A DNA stretch of 64,000 bases from the NCBI GenBank assembly GCA_942491255.1, contig CALOAJ010000003.1:10257-74256 (forward strand), in the 5' to 3' direction. Position 1 is the first letter of the stretch; every line of letters starts with the position of its first letter. The notes beneath the pieces were generated by a model that was not told the DNA's origin, searched no databases, and was given only the letters and a program-made list of their open reading frames with translations. The position numbers and the translations under genes were made by a program. The DNA is from an uncultured Flavobacteriaceae bacterium (GTDB lineage Bacteria > Bacteroidota > Bacteroidia > Flavobacteriales > Flavobacteriaceae). Below are positions 47,923 through 57,441 of this stretch, piece after piece.

Positions 47923-49706
47923 TAACACATAGGTTTACATATTGTTTATCCTTTTTGTTTGCTGTCCTAGCTATATTCAGGACGGTTGCACAGGATAAAG
48001 ATGCAATTACCTTTGAAGTCGAAGTCAGTAAAAGTACCCTTGGAATAAATGAAAGATTAAGGGTAGATTTTGTGATGAACAAGGATGGAGATAATTTCAC
48101 GCCTCCTGACTTTGAAGGATTTAGAGTCCTCATGGGGCCTTCACAATCCATAAGTTCATCATGGATAAATGGGGTTCGTTCGTATTCCAAAACATATTCT
48201 TATACTCTGGGACCTACCAGTAGAGGTACATTTAAAATAAAGCAAGCCTCCATCACCATTGATGGAAAAATTTATAAATCCCTAGCAAAAACAGTTGAAG
48301 TCACGGCTGCGGTAGATAAGCCCAGTGATCAGATGTCTGTGGATAATATTGCCAATGAAAATCTGCACCTAGTAGCTGAAATATCAAAGACGAATCCATT
48401 TTTAAACGAGGCGATTAGCGTTGTCTATAAATTATATGTAAGTCCTACTATTAATGTCCGTGATTTTAGACCTCTTGATAATCCAAAATATAATAATTTC
48501 TGGAGTCAGGATATGCCTTTTACAAAATACAATGTTCAAAATGGGACATACAAAGGCAAATCATACCGATATGTAGTACTTAAGCGAGTGGTTTTATATC
48601 CCCAGAAAACAGGAGAGCTCTCTATTGAGCCTTTATCTCTGGATGTAAGCTTAGAAGTGCCTACAAATAGAAGAGATTTTTTTGGAGGAAGGGTCTACTC
48701 GCAGGCCAATAAAACTGTTTCTGCAGGAAAACGTGTTATTAGTGTTAAGCCTTTGCCTACTCAAGGCAAGCCAGCAGATTTCACAGGTGCCGTTGGAGAT
48801 TTTAAGTTTAGTGTTAACACAAGTAAGACAAGCTTAAATGCTTCAGAATCTTTGCAAGCCATTGTAGAGGTTAGAGGTAAGGGCAATCTTAAATTATTTC
48901 AGTTACCGAAACCATCTGTACCCTCTTCTTTAGAAGTATATGACCCAGAATTCTCAGAAGATGTCAAAACAACTATCACTGGTATGCAAGGGAAAGTAAG
49001 TGAAAATTATACGATTGTACCTGCATACCGAGGAAAATATCCTATTCCGGGTATCTCATTCAGTTATTTTGATCCAAATTCAGAAAGCTATAATACCATA
49101 ACTTCAGAAGAAATTACCATAAATGTACTGGAAGGTCCATTGGGAAATTCCTCCGCCCCTTCAGAAGTAGCTGGACTTACAAAAAAGACCATAACCTCCA
49201 CAGGGGATCAATTTAGATTTATCAAGTTAGAGCCTAATTTAACAAGTGTTAGTACAAACTATTTTTTTGGATCTACTCGCTTTTATGTTTGGATGTTTTC
49301 ACCTTTACTACTTATTCCTTTGGCGATGTTCTTTGTGAAAAAGAGGGAGACTATAGCCAGTGATATCGCTGGGAATAAAATTAAAAAAGCGAACAGACTA
49401 GCTAAAAAGTATCTTTCTGAATCCAAGAAAGCCTTAGGTAATAAAGAATCTTTTTATATAGCCTTGGAAAAAGCCCTTCATAACTACCTCAAGGCGAAGT
49501 TAAAACTTGAAACTACGGATTTCAGTAAGGATAAAATAATGGCTTTATTATCTAAGAGAAATATTGAGGATACAACCATAAACTCTTTTGTAGACTTACT
49601 AAAGAATTGTGAAATGGCCAGATATAGTCCATTTTCTGATGTGCAAATGCAACAAGACTATGAAAAAGCGAGTGAAACGATATCGCTAATGGACAAAAAG
49701 CTTTAA
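47916..49706 (+). CDS. batD: BatD-family protein
   Basis: 596 aa. Signal peptide, repeated beta-rich modules and a C-terminal TM segment (FYVWMFSPLLLIPLAMFFV), in the operon position of BatD. Confidence 0.8.
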   Translation: MVITHRFTYCLSFLFAVLAIFRTVAQDKDAITFEVEVSKSTLGINERLRVDFVMNKDGDNFTPPDFEGFRVLMGPSQSISSSWINGVRSYSKTYSYTLGPTSRGTFKIKQASITIDGKIYKSLAKTVEVTAAVDKPSDQMSVDNIANENLHLVAEISKTNPFLNEAISVVYKLYVSPTINVRDFRPLDNPKYNNFWSQDMPFTKYNVQNGTYKGKSYRYVVLKRVVLYPQKTGELSIEPLSLDVSLEVPTNRRDFFGGRVYSQANKTVSAGKRVISVKPLPTQGKPADFTGAVGDFKFSVNTSKTSLNASESLQAIVEVRGKGNLKLFQLPKPSVPSSLEVYDPEFSEDVKTTITGMQGKVSENYTIVPAYRGKYPIPGISFSYFDPNSESYNTITSEEITINVLEGPLGNSSAPSEVAGLTKKTITSTGDQFRFIKLEPNLTSVSTNYFFGSTRFYVWMFSPLLLIPLAMFFVKKRETIASDIAGNKIKKANRLAKKYLSESKKALGNKESFYIALEKALHNYLKAKLKLETTDFSKDKIMALLSKRNIEDTTINSFVDLLKNCEMARYSPFSDVQMQQDYEKASETISLMDKKL

Positions 49707-49707
49707 A

Positions 49708-50469
49708 ATGAAACAGATAAGCAGTTTAATATTAATACTCCTATTTCAGTGTATCTCTGCGCAAAACAATGTAGGGCTTTTTAACAAAGCTACAGAGTTT
49801 TACAATGCAGGTGACTATGAGCAAGCGGCTGCTAATTACCTGTCAATTATAGATAATGGGGAACATTCGGCAGCAACATATTTTAATCTGGGTAACTGTT
49901 ATTATAAACTTAACCAAATAGCTCCAAGTATCTATTATTATGAAAAGGCTCTTTTATTAAAGCCTCAAGACAAGGAAATAAAGAATAACCTGGCTTATGC
50001 TCAGAATATGACTTTGGATGCCATTGAACCTCTCCCGGCAACCAGTCTAAACAAGCTGTATAACAAGGTCACCAAATTACTTACCTTCGATCAATGGGCT
50101 TATCTGGCCGTATTCCTTGTTATAGTATTCGTCATATCTTATATCCTGTTTTATTATCACAATTATTCTACGCACAAAAGAATTTCTTTTGGAATTAGCA
50201 TGGCCGCTTTATTTCTCTCTGCCGTTTGCACTTTAATTGCTTTTATACAATACCAAGATTTCAATTCAGATAATCCTGCCATCATTTTTGCAAATGAACT
50301 AAATGTTAAATCGGAGCCCAACGAAAGAAGTCAGCAAGTATTTCTATTACATGAAGGAACGAAAGTAAATGTTATGGATGAGCTAAATGATTGGAGAAAA
50401 ATTCAATTAATTGATGGAAAAATTGGTTGGGCACCATCCTCAGAAATCAAATTACTAAAAGATTTTTAG
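49708..50469 (+). CDS. batE: TPR + SH3b protein BatE
   Basis: 253 aa. TPR repeats (YFNLGNCYY), two TM segments, and a C-terminal SH3b-like domain (NVKSEPNERSQQVFLLHEGTKVNVMDELNDWRKIQLIDGKIGWAPS). Confidence 0.82.
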   Translation: MKQISSLILILLFQCISAQNNVGLFNKATEFYNAGDYEQAAANYLSIIDNGEHSAATYFNLGNCYYKLNQIAPSIYYYEKALLLKPQDKEIKNNLAYAQNMTLDAIEPLPATSLNKLYNKVTKLLTFDQWAYLAVFLVIVFVISYILFYYHNYSTHKRISFGISMAALFLSAVCTLIAFIQYQDFNSDNPAIIFANELNVKSEPNERSQQVFLLHEGTKVNVMDELNDWRKIQLIDGKIGWAPSSEIKLLKDF

Positions 50470-50500
50470 AGATCTGTAACTGTTGTTTGCCCTATACTTT

Positions 50501-50508
50501 TATATTTG
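50501..50508 (+). promoter_or_regulatory. -7 box (TATATTTG) upstream of the small acidic membrane protein / SulP-CA cluster
   Basis: Exact TAnnTTTG match. Its TTG is the track's start 50506. The ATG at 50530 follows 21 nt later. Confidence 0.5.
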
Positions 50509-50529
50509 TTAAGAAGTCAGATTAATAAA

Positions 50530-50820
50530 ATGAAGTCAAGCCTTGTTTTAATACTCACGTGTATTTGGTTATTTACCATTTTTGCGCCTTCCGCATTAAT
50601 TTTGGTAAGTGATGAGGCCCCCTCTTTTATTTCATTTAACCCAATGGAAGAAGATCAGGAAGAGCAAATAGATCAAGACTTCGACGAAGAAATAGTTTTT
50701 CAAAAGCTCAACGATCTAACAGGCAAATTAAACAGTCTTAAATCATTTTTGATGCTCTCTCCCAAGAGCATTTCTTTCAGACCCCACATATTGGAAATCT
50801 TTCTTCCACCACCTAAATAG
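50530..50820 (+). CDS. Small membrane-anchored acidic protein (hypothetical)
   Basis: 96 aa starting MKSSLVLILTCIWLFTIFAPSALIL, then an acidic stretch EEDQEEQIDQDFDEE. The track's TTG 50506 is inside a TATATTTG -7 box. Confidence 0.5.
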   Translation: MKSSLVLILTCIWLFTIFAPSALILVSDEAPSFISFNPMEEDQEEQIDQDFDEEIVFQKLNDLTGKLNSLKSFLMLSPKSISFRPHILEIFLPPPK

Positions 50821-50908
50821 ACCTTCTTTTTTAGAGCTTTCTGTCTTTATTTTAGTCTAATAAATTTTAATTAATCCTTTTTTTGATAAAGGAATAAATA
50901 TTTCAGCT

Positions 50909-52489
50909 ATGTTTCGTTATATAAAAAATGACCTTCCGGCCAGTATTGTAGTTTTCTTTGTAGCTCTTCCCTTATGCTTGGGGATAGCTCTAGCGAGTGG
51001 TGCACCCTTGTTTGCAGGCGTAATTGCCGGTATTATTGGCGGTATTATAGTAGGTGCTCTTAGTGGCTCTCAAATTGGTGTTAGTGGTCCTGCAGCAGGC
51101 CTAGCTGCAATTGTACTTACGGCTATAGGAACATTAGGAGGTTATGAAAATTTTCTTGTTGCTGTTGTCATAGGAGGAGTAATTCAATTGCTTTTTGGAA
51201 TCCTAAAGGCAGGGGTTATAGGCTATTATTTCCCTTCTTCCGTTATAAAAGGGATGCTCACCGGAATAGGAATTATTATTATTCTAAAGCAGATTCCACA
51301 TTTTTTTGGTTATGATGTAGATCCCGAAGGAGATTTCGCTTTTTTTCAGGTTGATGGCGAAAATACTTTTTCCGAAATAATAAATACTGTTAATTTTATA
51401 AGTCCCGGTTCCACACTTATTGCGTTTATTGGTCTAGGCATTCTTATCTTATGGGACAAAGTACTAACTAAAAAATCAAAAATTTTCAGGCTTATTCAAG
51501 GGCCCTTAGTAGCCGTTTTGATAGGAATCATATTTTTTATTATTACTAAAGATCACAATACCTTTTCAATTTCGGCTGAACACTTGGTCAGTGTTCCAAT
51601 CCCAGATAGTTTTGAGTCTTTTATGGGACAGTTTAGTATCCCAAATTTTTCTGTTATTAACCGCCCTGAAATTTGGATAACTGGTTTTACAATAGCCTTG
51701 GTTGCTAGTTTGGAAACTTTGCTGTGTGTTGAAGCAACGGATAAGCTCGATCCTCAAAAACGAGTCACTCCGACGAATAGAGAATTGCTCGCTCAGGGTG
51801 CTGGTAATATAATATCTGGAATGATCGGCGGATTACCTATTACTCAAGTAATTGTTAGAAGTTCGGCCAACATACAATCTGGAGGTAGAACCAAATTATC
51901 TGCCATAATTCATGGCTTTTTCTTACTCGTATCTGTTATTCTAATTCCAAATTTATTAAATATGATTCCATTGTCGGTTTTGGCGGCAATTCTATTTATT
52001 GTAGGTTATAAATTGGCAAAACCAGGGCTTTTTCTAAAAATGTATCAACTGGGCTGGAAGCAATTTGTCCCATTTACAGTAACTGTACTGGGAATCGTTT
52101 TTACTGATTTATTAATCGGGATTGGACTTGGTTTGGGAGTTGGCATAATAGTAATACTGATAAAGAGTTACCAAAATTCTCATTTTTTACATATTGAAGA
52201 TAAAAGTAATGGGGTTCATAAATTAAAAATGACCCTTGCCGAAGAAGTCACTTTTTTTAATAAAGGGGCTATCTTAAAAGAGTTAGATTCTGTGCCCAGA
52301 GATTCCTATTTAGAGCTTGATGTTAGCAAGACTAAATATCTTGACAATGATATTATTGAAATCTTGGAAGATTTCTCAAAAAAAGCCATAAACCGGAATA
52401 TTGTTATTAAATTAATATCCGAAAGAGGTGTTGTGGAAAATCCAGATAGTTATATCGAGTTCTTTAGACTCAGACCCAAATTAAAATAA
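50909..52489 (+). CDS. SulP-family anion transporter (paralog 2; putative bicarbonate transporter by context)
   Basis: 526 aa. SIVVFFVALPLCLGIALASG N-terminal SulP motif, a polytopic core and a STAS-like C-terminus. Ends 25 nt upstream of the carbonic anhydrase gene. Confidence 0.88.
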   Translation: MFRYIKNDLPASIVVFFVALPLCLGIALASGAPLFAGVIAGIIGGIIVGALSGSQIGVSGPAAGLAAIVLTAIGTLGGYENFLVAVVIGGVIQLLFGILKAGVIGYYFPSSVIKGMLTGIGIIIILKQIPHFFGYDVDPEGDFAFFQVDGENTFSEIINTVNFISPGSTLIAFIGLGILILWDKVLTKKSKIFRLIQGPLVAVLIGIIFFIITKDHNTFSISAEHLVSVPIPDSFESFMGQFSIPNFSVINRPEIWITGFTIALVASLETLLCVEATDKLDPQKRVTPTNRELLAQGAGNIISGMIGGLPITQVIVRSSANIQSGGRTKLSAIIHGFFLLVSVILIPNLLNMIPLSVLAAILFIVGYKLAKPGLFLKMYQLGWKQFVPFTVTVLGIVFTDLLIGIGLGLGVGIIVILIKSYQNSHFLHIEDKSNGVHKLKMTLAEEVTFFNKGAILKELDSVPRDSYLELDVSKTKYLDNDIIEILEDFSKKAINRNIVIKLISERGVVENPDSYIEFFRLRPKLK

Positions 52490-52514
52490 TAATTAACAAT
52501 CAAAAACATATAAG

Positions 52515-53141
52515 GTGGATCTTAAAAACGTATTTGAAAACAATAAAGTTTGGATAAAATCTAAACTTTCAAAGGACCAGGAGTATTTTAAAGAACTTGG
52601 CAAGGGTCAAAACCCGGAGTTACTGTACATAGGGTGTTCAGATAGTAGAGTTACCGCGGAAGATTTAATGGGCCTTGGCCCAGGGGAAGTATTCGTCCAC
52701 CGAAATATTGCCAATATGGTAATTAGCATTGATCTTAATGTAATGTCTGTTGTAAATTACGCAGTAGAACATTTAAAAGTGAATCATGTAGTCGTCTGTG
52801 GACATTATTCTTGCGGAGGGGTTAAAGCCGCAATGCAATCTGCAGATTTGGGAATTTTAAATCCTTGGCTTCGAAATATTAGGGATGTTTACAGGATACA
52901 TAAAAATGAACTGAATGCAATAGAGAATGAAGAAAAAAAATATGATCGTCTCGTAGAACTCAATGTACAGGAACAATGTATTAATCTTATTAAAACCGCA
53001 ACTGTACAAAAAGCCTATAGGGATAGAAATTTAAAGGTCCATGGTTGGGTTTTTGATATTAATACCGGAAAACTAATTGATCTAAATATAGATTTTGAAG
53101 GAATTTTAAAGAATATTATGGAAATCTATCACTTAGATTAA
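52515..53141 (+). CDS. Beta-class carbonic anhydrase
   Basis: 208 aa with a GTG start. Zinc-ligand motifs CSDSRV and HYSCGG. Confidence 0.92.
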   Translation: MDLKNVFENNKVWIKSKLSKDQEYFKELGKGQNPELLYIGCSDSRVTAEDLMGLGPGEVFVHRNIANMVISIDLNVMSVVNYAVEHLKVNHVVVCGHYSCGGVKAAMQSADLGILNPWLRNIRDVYRIHKNELNAIENEEKKYDRLVELNVQEQCINLIKTATVQKAYRDRNLKVHGWVFDINTGKLIDLNIDFEGILKNIMEIYHLD

Positions 53142-53227
53142 CCCACAAAATACCATTGCTGAAAATATCCTTTTTATTGTATTTGTAATTTCTATTGTCA
53201 GTTATATAATGGTTAAAAGGTCAATAT

Positions 53228-55096
53228 ATGAGGGATTTTCTTTCAAATTTAAAAGGGGATTTTTTTGGAGGTTTAACTGCGGGTATAGTTGCCCTACCTC
53301 TGGCCTTGGCTTTTGGAGTATCTTCTGGTTTAGGACCAAGTGCAGGACTTTATGGGGCGATTTTTATCAGCTTTTTTGCTGCCTTATTTGGCGGCACCAA
53401 TACCCAAATATCCGGACCTACAGCACCTATGACAGCGATAAGCATGGTCATAATTGCCGGCATAGTGGCTCTTTATGACGGCAGCATAGAAAAGGCATTA
53501 CCTGCCATTCTTTGTGTTTTTTTATTGGCCGGCCTTTTTCAAATAGCCCTGGGATTGCTCGGAATAGGGAAGTATATAAGGTACATCCCTTATCCTGTGG
53601 TATCCGGATTTATGACGGCTATTGGGGCTATAATTATCATAACACAGATTGTCCCGGCTATCGGATATTATCCAAAAGAAGATATGGCGTTTGTTGAACA
53701 ATTTAAACCTCAGGCCGAAGAACTTATCCTTGAAAATATATTACGCGAAGAAGCAGGAGAAGGAATATTAGTCCTTGAAGATTTTGAGGAGACTATTAAC
53801 CGATCTGGTGAAATAACAGAAGAGTCCATTTTAAATGAAGCAAGAACTCTCGCAGCAACTGAGGCTTCTGGTGTAATTGGAGCTTTAAAGGTCATTTCCA
53901 AGGCCATTAAAAATATAGACTGGCTTGAATTCTCCTTAGCACTAGCCACAATTATTTTCATTTATGGCTTTAAACGAATAACAAAAATAATTCCAAGCAC
54001 TTTAATAGCTTTAGTCCTTGTGTCTGGTTTCGCTTATATATTTAAGTTAGATTATAGGACTATTGAACAAATTCCGGAGGGATTTCCTATGCCTAGATTG
54101 GAAATATTTACAAGCTTCAAATTAACCGCTATTACTCCCTACATATTCACTGCGCTAACCTTGGGATTACTAGGTGCTATAGATTCTTTGCTTACTTCTG
54201 TGGTGGCTGATAACATGACTAAAACCAAGCACAAACCAAATAAAGAATTAGTAGGACAGGGAATTGGAAATAGCATAGCAGCTATATTTGGAGGATTACC
54301 TGGTGCAGGAGCAACCATTAGGACAGTTGTAAATATTAATTCTGGTGGTAAAACTAAATTATCAGGGATGTTGGCAGGGATATTTCTACTTCTAATTCTA
54401 CTTGTTCTTGGACCTATTGCTTCTCAAATTCCTGCAGCTGTTTTAGCAGGGATTTTAATTACGGTTGGTATAAATGTGATGGATTATAAGGGTTTGAAAG
54501 CGATTCCCAGTTTACCTAAGGATATTACATTAGGACCTATAAGGCTTAGCTCAGAGGTTTTGGTGATGCTGGTAGTTTTGGTTTTATCGACATTCTGGAA
54601 CTTGGTCTATGCTGTTGGGATAGGTTTAATTTTTGCTTCTTTAATGTTTATGAAAAAAATGGGCGACTTAACAGCTAAACGTTCCTTGGTAAAAGTGTTG
54701 CCTAAAGAAAAAATATGGCCCGATGAAAAGAATTTTCCCGTAAGTTTAAAACAAGAAGTTTTTATTAAACATTTAAAAGGACCCCTTTTTTTTGGGTCCA
54801 CAAGTGATTTTCAAATTCTCTCTGAGCAAATACCTAAAACAGCCAAATTTGTAATATTAAGATTAGGTTTAATGGAGTATATGGATCAATCCGGATTATA
54901 TGCCATGGAGGAGGTTCTTTTAGAACTTAAAAAGAATGATATTACCCCTCTTTTTGTTGATGTCTTAGACCAGCCAAAGTATATGATGGAACGTATAGAT
55001 ATTATTCCTGATCTGATTCCCCCGGAACACATTTTTGATAGGTTTGATCAATGCATAAAGTGGCTTCAAGAATCAACTTATAATAACAATTTCTAA
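53228..55096 (+). CDS. SulP-family anion transporter with STAS domain (paralog 3, long form)
   Basis: 622 aa. LTAGIVALPLALAFGVSSG motif, a polytopic core with an acidic loop insertion of roughly 65-70 aa, and a C-terminal STAS domain. Confidence 0.9.
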   Translation: MRDFLSNLKGDFFGGLTAGIVALPLALAFGVSSGLGPSAGLYGAIFISFFAALFGGTNTQISGPTAPMTAISMVIIAGIVALYDGSIEKALPAILCVFLLAGLFQIALGLLGIGKYIRYIPYPVVSGFMTAIGAIIIITQIVPAIGYYPKEDMAFVEQFKPQAEELILENILREEAGEGILVLEDFEETINRSGEITEESILNEARTLAATEASGVIGALKVISKAIKNIDWLEFSLALATIIFIYGFKRITKIIPSTLIALVLVSGFAYIFKLDYRTIEQIPEGFPMPRLEIFTSFKLTAITPYIFTALTLGLLGAIDSLLTSVVADNMTKTKHKPNKELVGQGIGNSIAAIFGGLPGAGATIRTVVNINSGGKTKLSGMLAGIFLLLILLVLGPIASQIPAAVLAGILITVGINVMDYKGLKAIPSLPKDITLGPIRLSSEVLVMLVVLVLSTFWNLVYAVGIGLIFASLMFMKKMGDLTAKRSLVKVLPKEKIWPDEKNFPVSLKQEVFIKHLKGPLFFGSTSDFQILSEQIPKTAKFVILRLGLMEYMDQSGLYAMEEVLLELKKNDITPLFVDVLDQPKYMMERIDIIPDLIPPEHIFDRFDQCIKWLQESTYNNNF

Positions 55097-55144
55097 GATG
55101 ATGGCTATTTTCTGCTTTTTGGGGCGGCATCTTCGGAATTATTA

Positions 55145-55152
55145 TAAATTTG
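55145..55152 (+). promoter_or_regulatory. -7 box (TAAATTTG) upstream of pheS
   Basis: Exact TAnnTTTG match, 34 nt upstream of ATG 55187. Confidence 0.5.
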
Positions 55153-55186
55153 CAGTTGGTATTTGGACACCATTATAAAGAAGAGA

Positions 55187-56206
55187 ATGATAGACGATTT
55201 AAAAAAACACCTGGCAGAAGTAGAAAATTTTTCTACTGATAATCTTGATACGGTTGAATCTTTTAGGATAAAATATCTAGGGAAAAAAGGATTGCTTAAT
55301 CAATTTTTTGCAGAATTTAAAAATGTGTCTGCTGAAGATAAAAAAGAATACGGGCAAACCATTAATGAATTAAAAGATAAGACAACAAAAAAGGTAAACG
55401 ATCTTAAAAATCAACTTAATAATAAGAAAGTATTAAATAAGAAATTTCAAGATCTAACAAGGCCTTCAGAACCTATTGAAATCGGGGCCAGACATCCTAT
55501 CTCTATCGTAAAAAATCAAATTATTGATATTTTCTCCCGCATTGGTTTTAATGTGTCAGAAGGCCCGGAAATAGAAGATGATTGGCATAATTTTACTGCA
55601 TTAAACCTTCCTGAACACCATCCTGCCAGAGATATGCAAGACACCTTTTTCATTCAGACAAACCCAGATATCTTATTGAGAACACATACCTCATCGGTAC
55701 AAGTGCGTTATATGGAAAACAACAAACCCCCAATACGTACTATTTCACCGGGAAGGGTTTATAGAAATGAAGCTATTTCTGCAAGATCACACTGCTTTTT
55801 CCATCAGATAGAAGGCCTTTATATTGATAAAAACGTATCGTTTGCCGATTTAAAACAGACCTTACAATTCTTTACAAATGAACTCTTTGGAAAGTCAAAA
55901 ATACGACTAAGACCTTCATATTTTCCATTTACCGAGCCTAGTGCTGAAGTAGATGTCTATTGGGGTCTCGAATCTGAAACAGACTATAAAATGACTAAAG
56001 GTACTGGATGGTTAGAAATTATGGGTTGTGGCATGGTGGATCCAAATGTTCTTGAGAATTGCGGAATTGATAGTAAGATTTATTCGGGTTTTGCCTTCGG
56101 AATGGGGATAGATAGAATTGCTCTTTTATTACACCAAATTTCTGATATTCGCCTGCTTAGTGAAAACGATATTCGGTTTTTAGAACAGTTTAAAAGCGCG
56201 CTTTAG
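55187..56206 (+). CDS. pheS: Phenylalanine--tRNA ligase alpha subunit
   Basis: HPARDMQDTFF, class II motifs (FRNE-like YRNEAISARSH, GFAFGMGIDRIA). ATG 55187 is preferred over TTG 55163, which sits only 11 nt after a TAAATTTG box. Confidence 0.95.
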   Translation: MIDDLKKHLAEVENFSTDNLDTVESFRIKYLGKKGLLNQFFAEFKNVSAEDKKEYGQTINELKDKTTKKVNDLKNQLNNKKVLNKKFQDLTRPSEPIEIGARHPISIVKNQIIDIFSRIGFNVSEGPEIEDDWHNFTALNLPEHHPARDMQDTFFIQTNPDILLRTHTSSVQVRYMENNKPPIRTISPGRVYRNEAISARSHCFFHQIEGLYIDKNVSFADLKQTLQFFTNELFGKSKIRLRPSYFPFTEPSAEVDVYWGLESETDYKMTKGTGWLEIMGCGMVDPNVLENCGIDSKIYSGFAFGMGIDRIALLLHQISDIRLLSENDIRFLEQFKSAL

Positions 56207-56240
56207 TCTATTGGATATTCTTAAACCTTCTCTATTTCTT

Positions 56241-56708
56241 TTACCAATTTAGATAGGGAAATTTACTAAGCCTAGAATTGTAATATTTTAGTTGTCCCGT
56301 AACTTCTTCCCCCAGCCATTGAGGTTTAATAAATTTTTCCTCTTCATCATTTAACTCAATCTCAGCCACTATCAAGCCTAGGTTTTTTCCTTTAAAAACG
56401 TCTACTTCAATAATATGATTACCCACTTTAATTGAATATCTGTCTTTTATCAAAATCTCAGGCTCACAAAGTTCTAAAAGAGCAACTGCGTCAGAAAAGG
56501 TGATTATAGTCTCCCATTCAAATCGGCTTGTCCCTGAAAAATTTGATTTGCCCTTAACAGTTAGATATCCCTCCTTATTTTTTATACGCACACGGACCGT
56601 TCTTTCCGGGTCAGTATTTAAAAACCCTTGACTAATAGAATCTTTACTAAATGCTAAAGAGATATACTCGTCAGTTTTAACCAAAAACTTTCTTTCAATT
56701 TCAATCAT
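56241..56708 (-). CDS. CYTH-domain protein (CyaB/ThTPase-like triphosphate tunnel metalloenzyme)
   Basis: 155 aa. N-terminal EIERKFLV (ExExK) signature. Confidence 0.85.
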   Translation of the reverse strand: MIEIERKFLVKTDEYISLAFSKDSISQGFLNTDPERTVRVRIKNKEGYLTVKGKSNFSGTSRFEWETIITFSDAVALLELCEPEILIKDRYSIKVGNHIIEVDVFKGKNLGLIVAEIELNDEEEKFIKPQWLGEEVTGQLKYYNSRLSKFPYLNW

Positions 56709-56742
56709 AATTCAATATCCTCAATTCGTAACTTATCTGTTT

Positions 56743-57414
56743 TTACCGGCTTTCACCTAATGCTTGAATTTGATCTGATCTTATGATACCCGATTTATAA
56801 GAACCATTTGCAAGCCAAATCATGGCGTTAGCTATGGTAGACGATTCAATAGATCTATACTTTTTAAAACGACCGAATAACAGAGGATTAAGGAGCCTAA
56901 ACATTAGCTTTCCTAAATATTCCATAGCTCTCTTCTCTTCCCTAGGCCCTGCTATGAGGGATGGTTGCAGAATATATGTATTTGGAATATTCCGGGCCAA
57001 GACTTCCATTTCCATTTCTCCTTTGACACGATTATAGAAGACCCGACTATTTGCGTTCGCTCCTAAAGCAGAGATAACTAAATATGTATCTATTTTATTC
57101 TCGCTACATAGCCTGGCTGATATGGTGGGGATACCATAATCAATTTTTCGATAATCATCCTTATTTGGAGTTTTCGCTTTCGTAGTTCCAATGCAACAAA
57201 AAACTTCATCCGCGATAAATTGAGATTGATATTTATCCAATTCAAAAAGATCTATAATAAACTCTTGAAGCTTATCATTGGTAAAACCAACTGATCTTCT
57301 TCCAAAAACAATAAGCTTTGTATAACGTTGATCTTCTAACAACAACTTTAGAAGTATCTTTCCTGTCTCCCCAGTTGCCCCGAGAATAATTGCAATTTTA
57401 CCATTATTTTCCAT
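56743..57414 (-). CDS. NAD(P)H-binding atypical SDR-family protein
   Basis: 223 aa. IAIILGATGETGK Rossmann motif. Confidence 0.75.
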   Translation of the reverse strand: MENNGKIAIILGATGETGKILLKLLLEDQRYTKLIVFGRRSVGFTNDKLQEFIIDLFELDKYQSQFIADEVFCCIGTTKAKTPNKDDYRKIDYGIPTISARLCSENKIDTYLVISALGANANSRVFYNRVKGEMEMEVLARNIPNTYILQPSLIAGPREEKRAMEYLGKLMFRLLNPLLFGRFKKYRSIESSTIANAMIWLANGSYKSGIIRSDQIQALGESR

Positions 57415-57430
57415 CCTATTAAATATACCT

Positions 57431-57438
57431 TAAATTTG
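57431..57438 (+). promoter_or_regulatory. -7 box (TAAATTTG) immediately upstream of dinB
   Basis: Exact TAnnTTTG match. Its TTG is the track's start 57436. ATG 57442 begins 3 nt after the box, so the mRNA may be leaderless. Confidence 0.4.
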
Positions 57439-57441
57439 GAT

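Noticed and set aside
47515-47928. 137-aa minus-strand ORF (F/L/I-rich) and a 66-aa plus-strand K-rich ORF (47618..47818) within batC
   Set aside because: They are by-products of the polypurine low-complexity tract: no stop codons arise in a pyrimidine-only antisense strand. The batC frame has a signal peptide and TPR repeats.
53209-53478. 89-aa ORF overlapping the start of SulP paralog 3 in another frame
   Set aside because: It is out of frame with a strongly supported 622-aa transporter and has a Cys/Trp/Arg-rich composition that does not look like a real protein.
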